A DNA stretch of 63,721 bases, the filler included, from Octopus bimaculoides (taxonomy: Eukaryota), in the NCBI RefSeq assembly GCF_001194135.2. It is 11 parts of 10 records of this genome, joined end to end, with 100 filler letters (N's around TTAATTAATTAA, not from the genome) between each part and the next. Parts side by side here need not be neighbours in the genome. Positions count along the whole stretch, not along the records: positions 52,680 to 60,049 come from NC_069000.1; positions 60,150 to 62,441 come from NC_068986.1; positions 62,542 to 63,721 come from NC_068998.1; 8 more parts are not named here. One strand, written 5' to 3'. The notes below the pieces were generated by a model, which was given only the letters and a program-made list of their open reading frames with translations, had not been told where the DNA came from and did not search any database. Position numbers and translations under genes: made by a program. Shown one piece after another: positions 52,580 to 63,721 of this stretch; positions within the stretch are counted from its first letter, which is position 1; each line of letters begins with the position of its first letter.

Positions 52580-52909
52580 NNNNNNNNNNNNNNNNNNNNN
52601 NNNNNNNNNNNNNNNNNNNNNNNTTAATTAATTAANNNNNNNNNNNNNNNNNNNNNNNNNNNNNNNNNNNNNNNNNNNNTGATATTGGTTTCAACAAAGA
52701 TTCAAAAAATTTTGTACTCACTTATGCTAAGAAGCATTTCGGCTGCACCTTACCGCGAGCTCAGACGACTCAGAGTGAAGTATATTGTTGGAAACATAAT
52801 CTAGATTGCAGCGATGTCGCATCTTATACATGCGAGATATCGCATGCAAACACGTCCAATTCAAGGATTCTAAAAGGTTAGTACTGTTTCTCTTAAGGGA
52901 AAAAAATAG

Positions 52910-52929
52910 CAGCACTACTACAACTACTG

Positions 52930-52979
<50 letters not shown>

Positions 52980-53070
52980 GCTAATAATAATAATAATAAT
53001 AATAACAATAACAACAGCAACAATAATAATAATAATAACAACAATAAGAATAACGATAATAATAATAATA

Positions 53071-53114
<44 letters not shown>

Positions 53115-53174
53115 TATTATAACTATAATTATAATAATAATAATAACAATAACAATAACAACAACAACAACAAC

Positions 53175-53250
<76 letters not shown>
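52910..53250. repeat. Compound (CTA)(AAT/AAC)(ATT)(AAT) microsatellite
   Basis: Seen directly. Confidence 0.93.
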
Positions 53251-53251
<1 letters not shown>

Positions 53252-53365
53252 GACCTTGAAATAAAAATTGGCAAAATGTGGAACCTCAAGACTAAAACAT
53301 TACCTGTTGACATAAATGCCCTACGAATGATAGCAAAAGGGGCTGATTGCTACCTAGCTGAGTTC
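53250..53365 (+). mobile_element. Short R4/Dong C-terminal fragment directly after (TAA)n
   Basis: DLEIKIGKMWNLKTKTLPV..AL.MIAKGADCYLA resembles the RLE C-terminus of the 42-kb copies. Confidence 0.7.
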
Positions 53366-53679
53366 AAATTCTGCCGAATAATAAACAGAGTTTATCAGTT
53401 TTGTCTACCCAAGAATATCCGATTTATTAGCTTTGACAGTTCGATCTGTATGCACCTGAATGTCGAAAGAATCGCTACATTTTCTCCCTCAATTAGTCTT
53501 ATTCTAGTGTTGCTGTTGTTATAACATAAATTAGTTGAAGCCCCGCAAATTTCAAACATTTGGCACAGTAGCATCTCAGATATTTTGGGTGATGTTCAAT
53601 ATTCTAGTTTTATATCAATATAACTATTTGTGTCAAAGCATCTATCCAATATGTTCTTGTGAATCTTTTTTCTCTACAG

Positions 53680-54000
53680 TGAAATCTTTTATCACAAGTC
53701 TTGAAAATATTGATCCACCTTATGAGAAGACAAAGGCACCTACCTTCAAATGTTTGGCATATGTTTCGCCACTTACACACGACTCTGTCACCTTTAGATG
53801 GATTGTAAAATATAAGAAGCAAAGCGAGGAGGAACAGACGACAGAGAAGATGGTGCCTCTTCCGAAAACCGGCGAACCCTGCATACCAATACGGTCGCTA
53901 TACCACCACACGTTAACTGACAAAGACGAAGATGGAACGATTATCGCATGTTCTGCATTTGGCGACTTACTTTCAGAACAACTGACTAGAGAGCGTGCAA
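53680..54000 (+). CDS. Internal coding exon encoding one Ig-like domain (C2/I-set-like) of a multi-exon cell-surface or secreted protein
   Basis: Acceptor tttttctctacAG ends at 53679 and donor GCAA|GTGAGC starts at 54001. The exon is 321 nt, open, and phase 1 at both ends. Translation ..APTFKCLAY..VTFRWIVK..LTDKDEDGTIIACSAF.. gives the B-strand Cys, C-strand Trp and F-strand Cys pattern. Confidence 0.72.
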
Positions 54001-54067
54001 GTGAGCAAATATTCTTTTTGTTACATAGTTTAGGATCTTTATTTCCTTTATAGACACTGATTTTGTT

Positions 54068-54368
54068 CTGTGAGAATACGTTTGCTTCCCAACCAGATGC
54101 TTCTCGATTCAGTTCCGCTATATGGCACCTTCGGCATGTGTATTCGATTCCAGCCCCGGATCGACCGAAGCCTTATGAATAGATCTGATAGATGGAAACT
54201 GAAAGAAGCCCGTCGTACGTCCTCATAATGATATCAGTTCAGGAAAAGAAGAGCGAGAGTATATGTAGCAGGCTTTAAACAATAAGCATTGAGGACAATT
54301 TGCTCGACTGAACTCATTAAGTCGGTGCCCCATCTTGGCTGCAGTCCAATGACTGAATCAAGTAAACT
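54068..54368 (+). mobile_element. Old SINE family A copy
   Basis: Degenerate head, gatggaaactgaaagaagcccgtcgt core and tail. Confidence 0.75.
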
Positions 54369-54467
54369 TTGAAAGAAAAAGAGATATGGGCAGCAGTCGC
54401 TGCTTCATCGTCTCTAAACCACATTATAAGGCATCAGGCCAAAGAAAGAAAGTCATCAATCCACACT

Positions 54468-55096
54468 TCAAACATCACATCAGACATCATATCAAACATC
54501 ACATCAAACTACACCTCAGGCTTCACATCAAACCACGTCCATCATACCAAACAACACATCAAACATCACATCAAACTTCACATTATACATCACATCAAAC
54601 TTCACATTATACATCATACCAAACATCACATGAAGCCACACGACAAAGTCATCAAACCAGACATCGCAATAAACACCACATCAAGCTAAACCTCAAACAT
54701 CACATCAATCCACGCATCAAATATCACATTAACCAACATCTCCAATATCACATCAAACACCACATCGAACATCATATCAAACCTCGCATCAAACATCATA
54801 TCAGCCCATTATTCAAATATCATATCACGCACCACATCAAAAATCAGGTCAAAACACACATCAAACTTCATATGAAAAATCATATCAAACTACGCATTAA
54901 ACGTCATATGAGACCACACAACTGATATCACATCAAACACCACATCAAACATCATATCAAACATCACATCAAACATCACATCAAACATCACATTAAACAT
55001 CACATTATAGATCATACAGAACATCGCATCAAACCACACGATAAACGTATGAAACCAGACGTCAAACTTTAAACCAAACAAGACATCACATCAAAC
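54468..55096. repeat. Degenerate 12-bp satellite (approximately AAACATCACATC)n
   Basis: About 630 bp of decayed 12-mers, nearly G-free on +, with an internal 24-bp duplication near 54573-54625. Confidence 0.88.
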
Positions 55097-55241
55097 TGCA
55101 CCATGATGAAAGTTTCGGAAAGTACGAAAGCCTATTGGTGACAACAATAAATGCGAATTCAGTTACTATGTCAGACAATAAATCTCATGTTTTGATGCAC
55201 CAAATATTATTCCAAACTCCATGATTTTTTTGTCTTTGCAG

Positions 55242-55297
55242 AATCTAGCAGCACCATTTCTGCTCTACCAGACACGACATGGCTTTCTGTCTCCAAA
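55242..55297 (+). CDS. Candidate next exon of the Ig-domain gene, truncated by an N gap
   Basis: Acceptor ttttttgtctttgcAG ends at 55241. In phase 1, joined to the Ig exon, it reads (K)SSSTISALPDTTWLSVSK with no stop before the gap. Confidence 0.45.
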
Positions 55298-56258
55298 NNN
55301 NNNNNNNNNNNNNNNNNNNNNNNNNNNNNNNNNNNNNNNNNNNNNNNNNNNNNNNNNNNNNNNNNNNNNNNNNNNNNNNNNNNNNNNNNNNNNNNNNNNN
55401 NNNNNNNNNNNNNNNNNNNNNNNNNNNNNNNNNNNNNNNNNNNNNNNNNNNNNNNNNNNNNNNNNNNNNNNNNNNNNNNNNNNNNNNNNNNNNNNNNNNN
55501 NNNNNNNNNNNNNNNNNNNNNNNNNNNNNNNNNNNNNNNNNNNNNNNNNNNNNNNNNNNNNNNNNNNNNNNNNNNNNNNNNNNNNNNNNNNNNNNNNNNN
55601 NNNNNNNNNNNNNNNNNNNNNNNNNNNNNNNNNNNNNNNNNNNNNNNNNNNNNNNNNNNNNNNNNNNNNNNNNNNNNNNNNNNNNNNNNNNNNNNNNNNN
55701 NNNNNNNNNNNNNNNNNNNNNNNNNNNNNNNNNNNNNNNNNNNNNNNNNNNNNNNNNNNNNNNNNNNNNNNNNNNNNNNNNNNNNNNNNNNNNNNNNNNN
55801 NNNNNNNNNNNNNNNNNNNNNNNNNNNNNNNNNNNNNNNNNNNNNNNNNNNNNNNNNNNNNNNNNNNNNNNNNNNNNNNNNNNNNNNNNNNNNNNNNNNN
55901 NNNNNNNNNNNNNNNNNNNNNNNNNNNNNNNNNNNNNNNNNNNNNNNNNNNNNNNNNNNNNNNNNNNNNNNNNNNNNNNNNNNNNNNNNNNNNNNNNNNN
56001 NNNNNNNNNNNNNNNNNNNNNNNNNNNNNNNNNNNNNNNNNNNNNNNNNNNNNNNNNNNNNNNNNNNNNNNNNNNNNNNNNNNNNNNNNNNNNNNNNNNN
56101 NNNNNNNNNNNNNNNNNNNNNNNNNNNNNNNNNNNNNNGTCAATCCATTGTTATAATTAAGTATATAATTATTTATATAATATTTGGAAAATTTACCTAT
56201 AAGGGTTTTATTTCCGTGAAGACCTCCTGATAAAATCATCAATGATTTTATCCCTCTT

Positions 56259-56300
<42 letters not shown>

Positions 56301-56439
56301 GTGTGTGTATATATATACATGTGTGTATGTATGTGTGTGCATATTTGTGTATGTGAGAGTATTCAAAAAAGAAATATATTTAGCGCTTTCGACAGTAATC
56401 CACCAGTTGTTCGAAAGAATTTATTCATTTCATCATATT

Positions 56440-56900
56440 TCATCATAGCAGACATAAGCAATGACGTTACTAAATTCCTTGTCCCCACCAAAGCCGCATG
56501 AACATTCTCTCTTGCAAAATCATTCAAGATCTTTATTAACAGGCACAACAGAAACAGGAAGTAAGAGTGAGAGAAAGTCGTGGTGAAAGAGTACGGCAGG
56601 GTTCGCCACCATCCTCTGTCGGAGCCTCGTGGAGCTTTAGGTGTTTTCGCTCAATAAACACTCACAACGCCCGGTCTGGGAATCGAAACCGCGAATCCGC
56701 TGCCCTAACCACTGGGCCATTGCGCCTCCACTCATTGCCTTGTTACTCAGTAGAAAATTGAAAAATGACAGCCAAGATCACTCAGAGGTTAAATGCACTC
56801 CAATAATGCTGTCTGTGCAGAACACACAATATCAATAACAGGGAGAGGATCACAAAGTGTGAAGTTCTGAGAAGAGCCAGTCTGTGCAGTCTGTAGGAGT
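56440..56900 (+). mobile_element. Old RTE LINE remnant interrupted by a 3'-truncated SINE C (56539-56731, minus strand)
   Basis: LNALQ*CCLCRTHNINNRERITKCEVLRRASL at about 56790-56890. The SINE C head matches 33700-33920. Confidence 0.6.
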
Positions 56901-57038
56901 TTGGGCTGGAAAGAAAAGTAAGTCTTACAGGTCATGTTTACCGACTTGGCAGAAGAACGAATACCTCAAAACAGCTATACTCTCATATTTATATTTGTAA
57001 TTTTGGGTTTGAGAAGTGAAGTATGATTGTTTCTGTAG

Positions 57039-57221
57039 ATATTCGACAACATACGAAAGGTTCTACGTTTATTCAAGAGAGCAAAACTAGAGCTTGGGAA
57101 GAAAGGATTTGCATCACCGGAGCGAGAACGAGGAAAATGTGTATCAAAAAGCTTTCTATACATAAATGGAAAAAAATATAGGTCGTGTTTAGATTATAAA
57201 AGAATGTTGAAAATGAATTAA
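57039..57221 (+). CDS. Candidate terminal exon, possibly of the Ig-domain gene
   Basis: Acceptor tgtttctgtAG ends at 57038. Phase 0 is open to TAA 57219-57221, which overlaps AATAAA at 57220-57225. Phase 1 is open to TAG 57179-57181. No recognisable domain. Confidence 0.25.
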   Translation: MFDNIRKVLRLFKRAKLELGKKGFASPERERGKCVSKSFLYINGKKYRSCLDYKRMLKMN

Positions 57222-57429
57222 TAAAATGTATACCTACATACATATATATATATATGTGTGTGTGTGTGCGTGTGCGTGTGTGTGTGTGTATTTATTATAT
57301 ATATGTGTTCGTTCATGCTACCCCTGGCGGCGAACTAGCCCACCTTCTTAAAAAAAACATTAAATATGGCTAATCTACGAACAAAATAGTAGAGAGGCCC
57401 CGTCCCTCTTTAAAATCCCTGATGTGCAA

Positions 57430-57864
57430 TACCTTTTCCTTTGATAAGTCCCCTTGTACGGAGTACAATTGTGTTGAATGTAGGATGAACCCACAGGTTA
57501 AATGTAAGGATAGGAATATAGTGTATAGCTTTCGATGTACTGAGGGACAGTGCAGAAACATGTAGCATAGGAGAACGTATAGGTGAACATGTAGCATAGG
57601 GGAACGTGTAGGTGAACATGTAGCATAGGAGAACGTATAGGTGAACATTGGCGAGAGCTCAAAGAAGGGAAAAGCTCATCAGTGCTCTACCAACATGCTC
57701 AGACAAAACATGGAGGCTCGATTAATAGTATAGAGGTTGAAGTACTATCGACACATAGAACTGACACGACACTTAGACAGATTACAGAAGATACACATAT
57801 AAATGTAGACAGACCGAGTCTTAGCAGAAATGGAACAGTAACCCCCACCACCACAGTACATTAG
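57430..57864 (+). mobile_element. Penelope-like element GIY-YIG endonuclease fragment (pseudogenised)
   Basis: C..C..NPQVKCKDRNIVYSFRCTEGQC..ETCSIGERIGEHWRELKEGKSSSVLYQHAQTKHGG..VEVLSTHRTDTTLRQITED.HI..DRPSLSRN. The YIG motif is deleted, and a 29-bp unit is triplicated at 57557-57643. Confidence 0.8.
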
Positions 57865-59101
57865 TAAAGACAGTAGGGACGTGAAGAGAAACGGTAAGGG
57901 AAAAAGAGGAAGGGAAAGGGAAAAAAGCATCTCACTCTTATCTTCCTCCGTCTCTCTCACCCTTCTTTCTCTCACCCTCTTTCTCTCTCGCTCTCCCTCT
58001 CCTTCTCTCTTTCTCTCTCTCTCCACATTTTTTCCCTCCATCTCTCCCTATTTCTCCTCCTCCCTGTCTTTCTCTCTCAACAACTCTCCAGATGTATTAG
58101 TCCTGCTGGGTGGTCACGTATTTATGAATATTCCCGACCAACAACTGCTGTGACACAGGAACCATGTTGACGAGAATTCAGTCATGCCACAAACACACGC
58201 CGGGCTTTTCTTGGGCNNNNNNNNNNGCCACAAACACATGCCGGGCTTTTCTTGGGCAAACCATCACCCGAGGGCTTAACGACACCATCCACGCCGATGT
58301 GGGTGGTGGCATTGATTCTGAGACTCAGAGGGAAGACGTGAATTTGCAACATATAGCCTCACCACCCTAAGATCATCAGAAACAAATAGAATTTTGTGTA
58401 CATCTCCGGAAATGCAATATTGGGGTCTGCACATACCCATCACCCTTTCATCCAGTTCGCTTTTTGGCTTTGTTCGAATTTATTTTTACTAGAACGACTG
58501 GGTACCATGAGTACGCCAGTTTATTCAATAAACTCTTCAATCATGTCTCTCAGTTCACACACTAGAAGCCTATACTCGTTTCCAGCAACACAAAATACCC
58601 TCGTGGGCCTAGTTTTACATTGACACTAAATACATATCAATACGTTTCTGTATGCTTATTTATTCTTTGGTGTTATTTCTCTCACACCCGAATCTCGTCC
58701 CATTCGAAATGTTGGTTACTTCCCCTGTTGGTGTGTTCTCCTGTGATTTTTCTTTTATCCTTGTCTTCTTTAATATTTATCCCTCTTACCTTTAGGTTCC
58801 ACCTACCGACACCACGGGTTCGAGTGGCACTGTCAAAAGTTATCTAAATTCCATTCAAAGAATTCCTTACGCATTCATTGACTTATTTACAGATTCCTAT
58901 GGACATTATTTGGATTTGGCATCGACCAGTGATTTTAGCGATCGGTACAACAACCATCGAACTTCTCCTGTCCAAGATTATATATACACTTTATATATTT
59001 TTAGATACTAATTAAACATGTTAATTATAATCCTTGTAAGTCACTAACTGTAGAAATACTAACTGTAGAAATACTAACTGTAGTAATATAAACAACTAAT
59101 A

Positions 59102-59339
59102 TTAGGTCGGTGCATAATTATTGCGGCATTTTTTCTACAAATTTATTCAACAAAAACAATGACAACATGTAACAAAAACATCTTTAAATGATTATTCCGG
59201 AACATATTCACCATCTACTTCAATTACTGCTTCCCATTTGTTTGGCAGACGGTCAGGCCGTCATTTAAAGAGCTGTTTCTTAAATATTGTTATTTGTTTT
59301 TGTTGAATAAAAGCCGCAATAATTATGCACCAAGCCCAA
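59102..59339 (-). mobile_element. Mariner (Hsmar1/MADE1-type TIR) deletion derivative
   Basis: TA|ttaggtcggtgcataattattgcggc..gccgcaataattatgcacc.agcccaa|TA. The internal minus frame LPNKWEAVIEVDGEYVPE* is a mariner transposase C-terminus. Confidence 0.9.
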
Positions 59340-59689
59340 TAATATTAGCAATTCCGCATTTTAGTTACACGATAATGCACAAGCATACTGAATGTATTTA
59401 GTTCCATCAGACTAAAGCGAACATTTGTTAACAAAGGAGTCAGAAGTAAAATTATCTAAGAACTACAGCAAAATTATTTTGATTTAAAAGTTAAACATTA
59501 TTGTTTCATGAATTAAATCAAGGGATTTGGATTGTATCTTATATATATATATCAATTTTATATGTAAAATCCGTGTGGAATTATGATAAATAAAGCAATT
59601 GAAAATGTGTCTGTCTTTTGGAGATTTTCTTAAAAAATATGTTTAGGGAAAAATAATTCATTGAATTTGCACTTATTTACTCCGATAAT

Positions 59690-60049
59690 TAGTTTTGTGC
59701 TCCGAAGTGCATACCAAAGCTTCAGTGTGGGCACAGGAATTTTGATGGACCAAAGCTCAGATGTAAAGACAGGCTGAAGAGTAACCTCTTAGAACTGAAA
59801 ACTCACAACACCTTTGAGCGAACAGCTTCTGAACGAACACAATGGAAATCGTTGCATCAAAATGGTGTTAAAAACTTTGTTTCAACCAGCATTCGGGCTG
59901 CAAGGCAAAAGACAAAAGCAGCTGCATATATACCACCTACACTGATTTGTAATCCTCATGCTAGCAGCATCTGTGGCCTTCTTTGGAAATCGTAGGTGGG
60001 ACTTAAATGTAAAATTAGACATCATCATTATGACTGACAAAGAAAGACT
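59690..60049 (+). mobile_element. RTE-BovB-like LINE 3' end
   Basis: G.RNFDGPKLRCKDRLKSNL..ERTASERTQWKSLHQNGVKNF, matching the RTE C-terminal GxR..GxxKLRxKD..WE..A..R..WR motif. Confidence 0.7.
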
Positions 60050-60621
60050 NNNNNNNNNNNNNNNNNNNNNNNNNNNNNNNNNNNNNNNNNNNNTTAATTA
60101 ATTAANNNNNNNNNNNNNNNNNNNNNNNNNNNNNNNNNNNNNNNNNNNNATATATATATATATATATATACATATTTGTAATTATATACTAATATATACT
60201 ATATATATATACAAAATACGAATACTTACAAATACGCAAGTCTACACAAGTACATATGTATGTATTCACACGACCGGTTTAATTGCCCGTCTAAACTCCA
60301 TGTGCTATATGGTCACAATATCACCGCAGTGAACTTAATGACGAACTAATTATATAAATTTATATAAATAAGGATAAGATCGATAATTAAAATACCGATC
60401 ATATTAACTGGCCAGCATGGGAATAAAAACCGTATAGGTAATAATTATTATCAAAACTAAAATTAAGATATCCACATCAATTATCCATGCAGCACCAGGA
60501 ATATAGACAAATAGACACATACACTAGCAAAATATTATTGGATAATCCCAGATCTAGTTTTCTGGCTTTGTATAAAAATATACTGTGCCTCATAAGTATA
60601 TTAACATTCATTTGTTTTGTG

Positions 60622-60678
<57 letters not shown>

Positions 60679-60790
60679 TGAGAGATAGAGAGAGAGATTA
60701 TGAGCGGTAATGGTTCCAAGAAGACCCAAAGGTGTCAGGTAATACTGTGTAAGTTCTATAGACAAACTATAGTTAAGCTGTAATTATGCG

Positions 60791-60851
60791 AATGATGAGT
60801 CCAACGTAGGACGAAGGGATATATAAAATACCCTGGAAACAGCTGTACGAC
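60791..60851 (+). ncRNA. Hammerhead-ribozyme-like motif at a Penelope-like terminus (variant or composite; activity unproven)
   Basis: aTGATGA-GTCC-aacgta-GGAC-GAA-GGGAT-atataaa-ATaCCC-tg-GAAAC-AGCT-GTA-cgac, followed by a T-rich tail and (TA)n. Confidence 0.55.
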
Positions 60852-62369
60852 TTTCTTTTTATTAATGTTCTGAAATCTTTCACAGCCATGGATTTTTATC
60901 TCATTCTGTTAATTATATATATATATATNNNNNNNNNNNNNNNNNNNNNNNNNNNNNNNNNNNNNNNNNNNNNNNNNNNNNNNNNNNNNNNNNNNNNNNN
61001 NNNNNNNNNNNNNNNNNNNNNNNNNNNNNNNNNNNNNNNNNNNNNNNNNNNNNNNNNNNNNNNNNNNNNNNNNNNNNNNNNNNNNNNNNNNNNNNNNNNN
61101 NNNNNNNNNNNNNNNNNNNNNNNNNNNNNNNNNNNNNNNNNNNNNNNNNNNNNNNNNNNNNNNNNNNNNNNNNNNNNNNNNNNNNNNNNNNNNNNNNNNN
61201 NNNNNNNNNNNNNNNNNNNNNNNNNNNNNNNNNNNNNNNNNNNNNNNNNNNNNNNNNNNNNNNNNNNNNNNNNNNNNNNNNNNNNNNNNNNNNNNNNNNN
61301 NNNNNNNNNNNNNNNNNNNNNNNNNNNNNNNNNNNNNNNNNNNNNNNNNNNNNNNNNNNNNNNNNNNNNNNNNNNNNNNNNNNNNNNNNNNNNNNNNNNN
61401 NNNNNNNNATATATATGTATATATATTCATACATTTAGTTGATACAATGACTATTATAAAACAGATTTCAGAGAACTTAATCTTGAAACTAAAACAACTG
61501 AAGTCTTTATGCACTAGTTTTCTATCCTGCTCCTTTTAATCAAATTGAATTTGATCGATGAACATTGTATTAAATAATTCAGATTCAAATTTATATTCAA
61601 GAAGTACATAATAATATATATTGATTCTCTCTTGATTCGAACACCTGACCTTACCTGTGTAAAATCTATTGAAGTATATATAATGCAGATGATTTAAACT
61701 AACATAGCATAAAATCAAACAATATTCATAACAGACAGTTAGTGGCTGAAGAGTTTATTTGATATATAATATAATCTTGAAAGACTAAATGTGTCAGCAG
61801 ACATAATTTCTATAAGTGAAGTCAAATCACTTGGCCCAGGGCTATAGACGCAAAAGATATTAGTGGTTATGTCGACAAATAAATGTGCTTGCACAGAAAT
61901 ATATATTTCGTGTCTAGTATTGATAAATGACTCATATTAATCATGCATGAGTGTACAGATGTATAGCAGGAAGCTATATCTCTTCCTGACACTTACACTC
62001 TCTATTATACACACACAGGCGCACATACACATGCGCACACACACCACACGTATATGTGTGTGGGTGGGTGGACCTACAAATAAAGACATAGGCATATGTA
62101 TACAGGTAAATCGTATGTGCACGTCTATATACATATGTGAGGGAATGTGGTTATATGTGGGCGTGTGTGTATGTTTCAGTATAAATACGTAAGTGTTGAA
62201 TACCTCTGCATTCCAAATATCGAGTGTTAATGCCTGAACAGATTTCTGTTAGATGAAAATGATTTTCGAGATTCACACAGATAAAGTCATAGTCATCTAA
62301 CGATACTCATATCGAAAGGGTAATGCATATGTGTGTGTATGGATATATATGTCTGTGTGTGTATGTATG

Positions 62370-62403
<34 letters not shown>

Positions 62404-62781
62404 GATATATATATATATTTATATATATATATATATATATANNNNNNNNNNNNNNNNNNNNNNNNNNNNNNNNNNNNNNNNNNNNTTAATTAATTAANNN
62501 NNNNNNNNNNNNNNNNNNNNNNNNNNNNNNNNNNNNNNNNNTATATATATATATATATATATATATGAGCGAGTGAAAGGATATGAAATATAGTGATGGA
62601 ATATAATTATGGAGAATTAAAATTCTATTGTTGATATCATTTCATATTCACTTCTTTCCGCCTCTAAATTTCAAATATGCCAAATACAGAAAAATATGTA
62701 GTCATATATTTGCATGCATACGTGTGTATGTATGCCTTCACACACACACACACACACACACACAAACACGTACATATTAAT

Positions 62782-62819
<38 letters not shown>

Positions 62820-62841
62820 CGCGCGCGCGTATGTATGAGTA

Positions 62842-62873
<32 letters not shown>

Positions 62874-63180
62874 CATACGTATATTCACAAGAGTGGAGCG
62901 AGCAACGCGTTTTATTACATTAATTTACAACTGTTTCATCGACATTCAATCCCAAAATTATTGCTATATTCTTATAAAATATATTATTATGTAATAGATG
63001 CCACAATAGATCCCTGGGATATCATTTTACAGGTATAATCGAACGTCGACCCTTCAGATTTATGCATAAAAACCGTATTTAAATAATTATATAAACTCTA
63101 CAGATACTTATGAATTTCCGTCGATAAGGTTAATAGAGTAAACATCTAAATGAAAGATATGACATAAGATGATATGATAA

Positions 63181-63252
<72 letters not shown>

Positions 63253-63411
63253 CATGTATGTATATACGTATGTGTAAGCATCGTATACGCTAACCTATAT
63301 ATGTAGTACTTATGTGAATAAATATATATACCTTCAATTAATCTATATATTATAGCAATAATTTAAAACAATTATATTCATCGGGAAATGCTTCATTCAA
63401 ACAACACACAC

Positions 63412-63452
<41 letters not shown>

Positions 63453-63596
63453 TATATCACAAAAGTTTCGTTTCGTTTAATTTAATATCACAATAATATT
63501 TCTCACAAACTGCATACAATTATATTTGGTTACTTAATATCTATATATATATACACACGAATGTATGCAAATATATCTTCTAGATTTTCACTTCAA

Positions 63597-63653
<57 letters not shown>

Positions 63654-63721
63654 GGGCAAGCACATACACCCATGCATGCATACATACATATACTCTCCCA
63701 CAAACACATACGAAAATCTTC

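Noticed and set aside
54386-54925. Histidine-rich (beak-like) structural protein
   Set aside because: It lacks the Gly-rich GHG-type repeats of known cephalopod His-rich beak proteins, and open frames follow from the G-poor satellite composition. Kept only as a low-interest finding.
58080-58400. Second Penelope GIY-YIG remnant
   Set aside because: Only a faint match (..GRREFATYSLTTLRSSETN) spread over frames and a gap; not supportable.
60487-60600. Penelope endonuclease remnant upstream of the hammerhead-like motif (MQHQEYRQI..)
   Set aside because: A short resemblance only, which cannot be distinguished from chance without a search.

Overview
AT-rich eukaryotic genomic DNA from a gappy draft assembly, most likely an octopus or other coleoid cephalopod. 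That assignment is inferred from the extreme microsatellite load and the SINE/LINE repertoire; no search was run. One complete gene is clear: an intronless NHLH/NSCL/HEN-family neural bHLH factor (5493-5966, +). A second gene, not shown as such in the ORF track, is supported by a 321-nt phase-1/phase-1 exon encoding an Ig-like domain (53680-54000, +) and by weaker candidate exons at 55242 and 57039. The rest is mostly decayed mobile DNA: three tRNA-head SINE families, RTE LINEs, R4/Dong RLE-LINEs piled into (TAA)n tracts, Penelope-like fragments with hammerhead-ribozyme-like termini, Helitron/Helentron pieces, and Tc1/mariner, Tigger and piggyBac-like MITEs. There are also fold-back elements, a 36-bp palindromic minisatellite and many microsatellites. 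Ten 100-bp linkers (44N-TTAATTAATTAA-44N) and several duplications across gaps are assembly artefacts, so contig order and orientation beyond about 28.4 kb is uncertain. No CRISPR array, rRNA or true tRNA gene was found. Almost all ORFs in the supplied track are artefacts of N runs or microsatellites. All calls are by eye.
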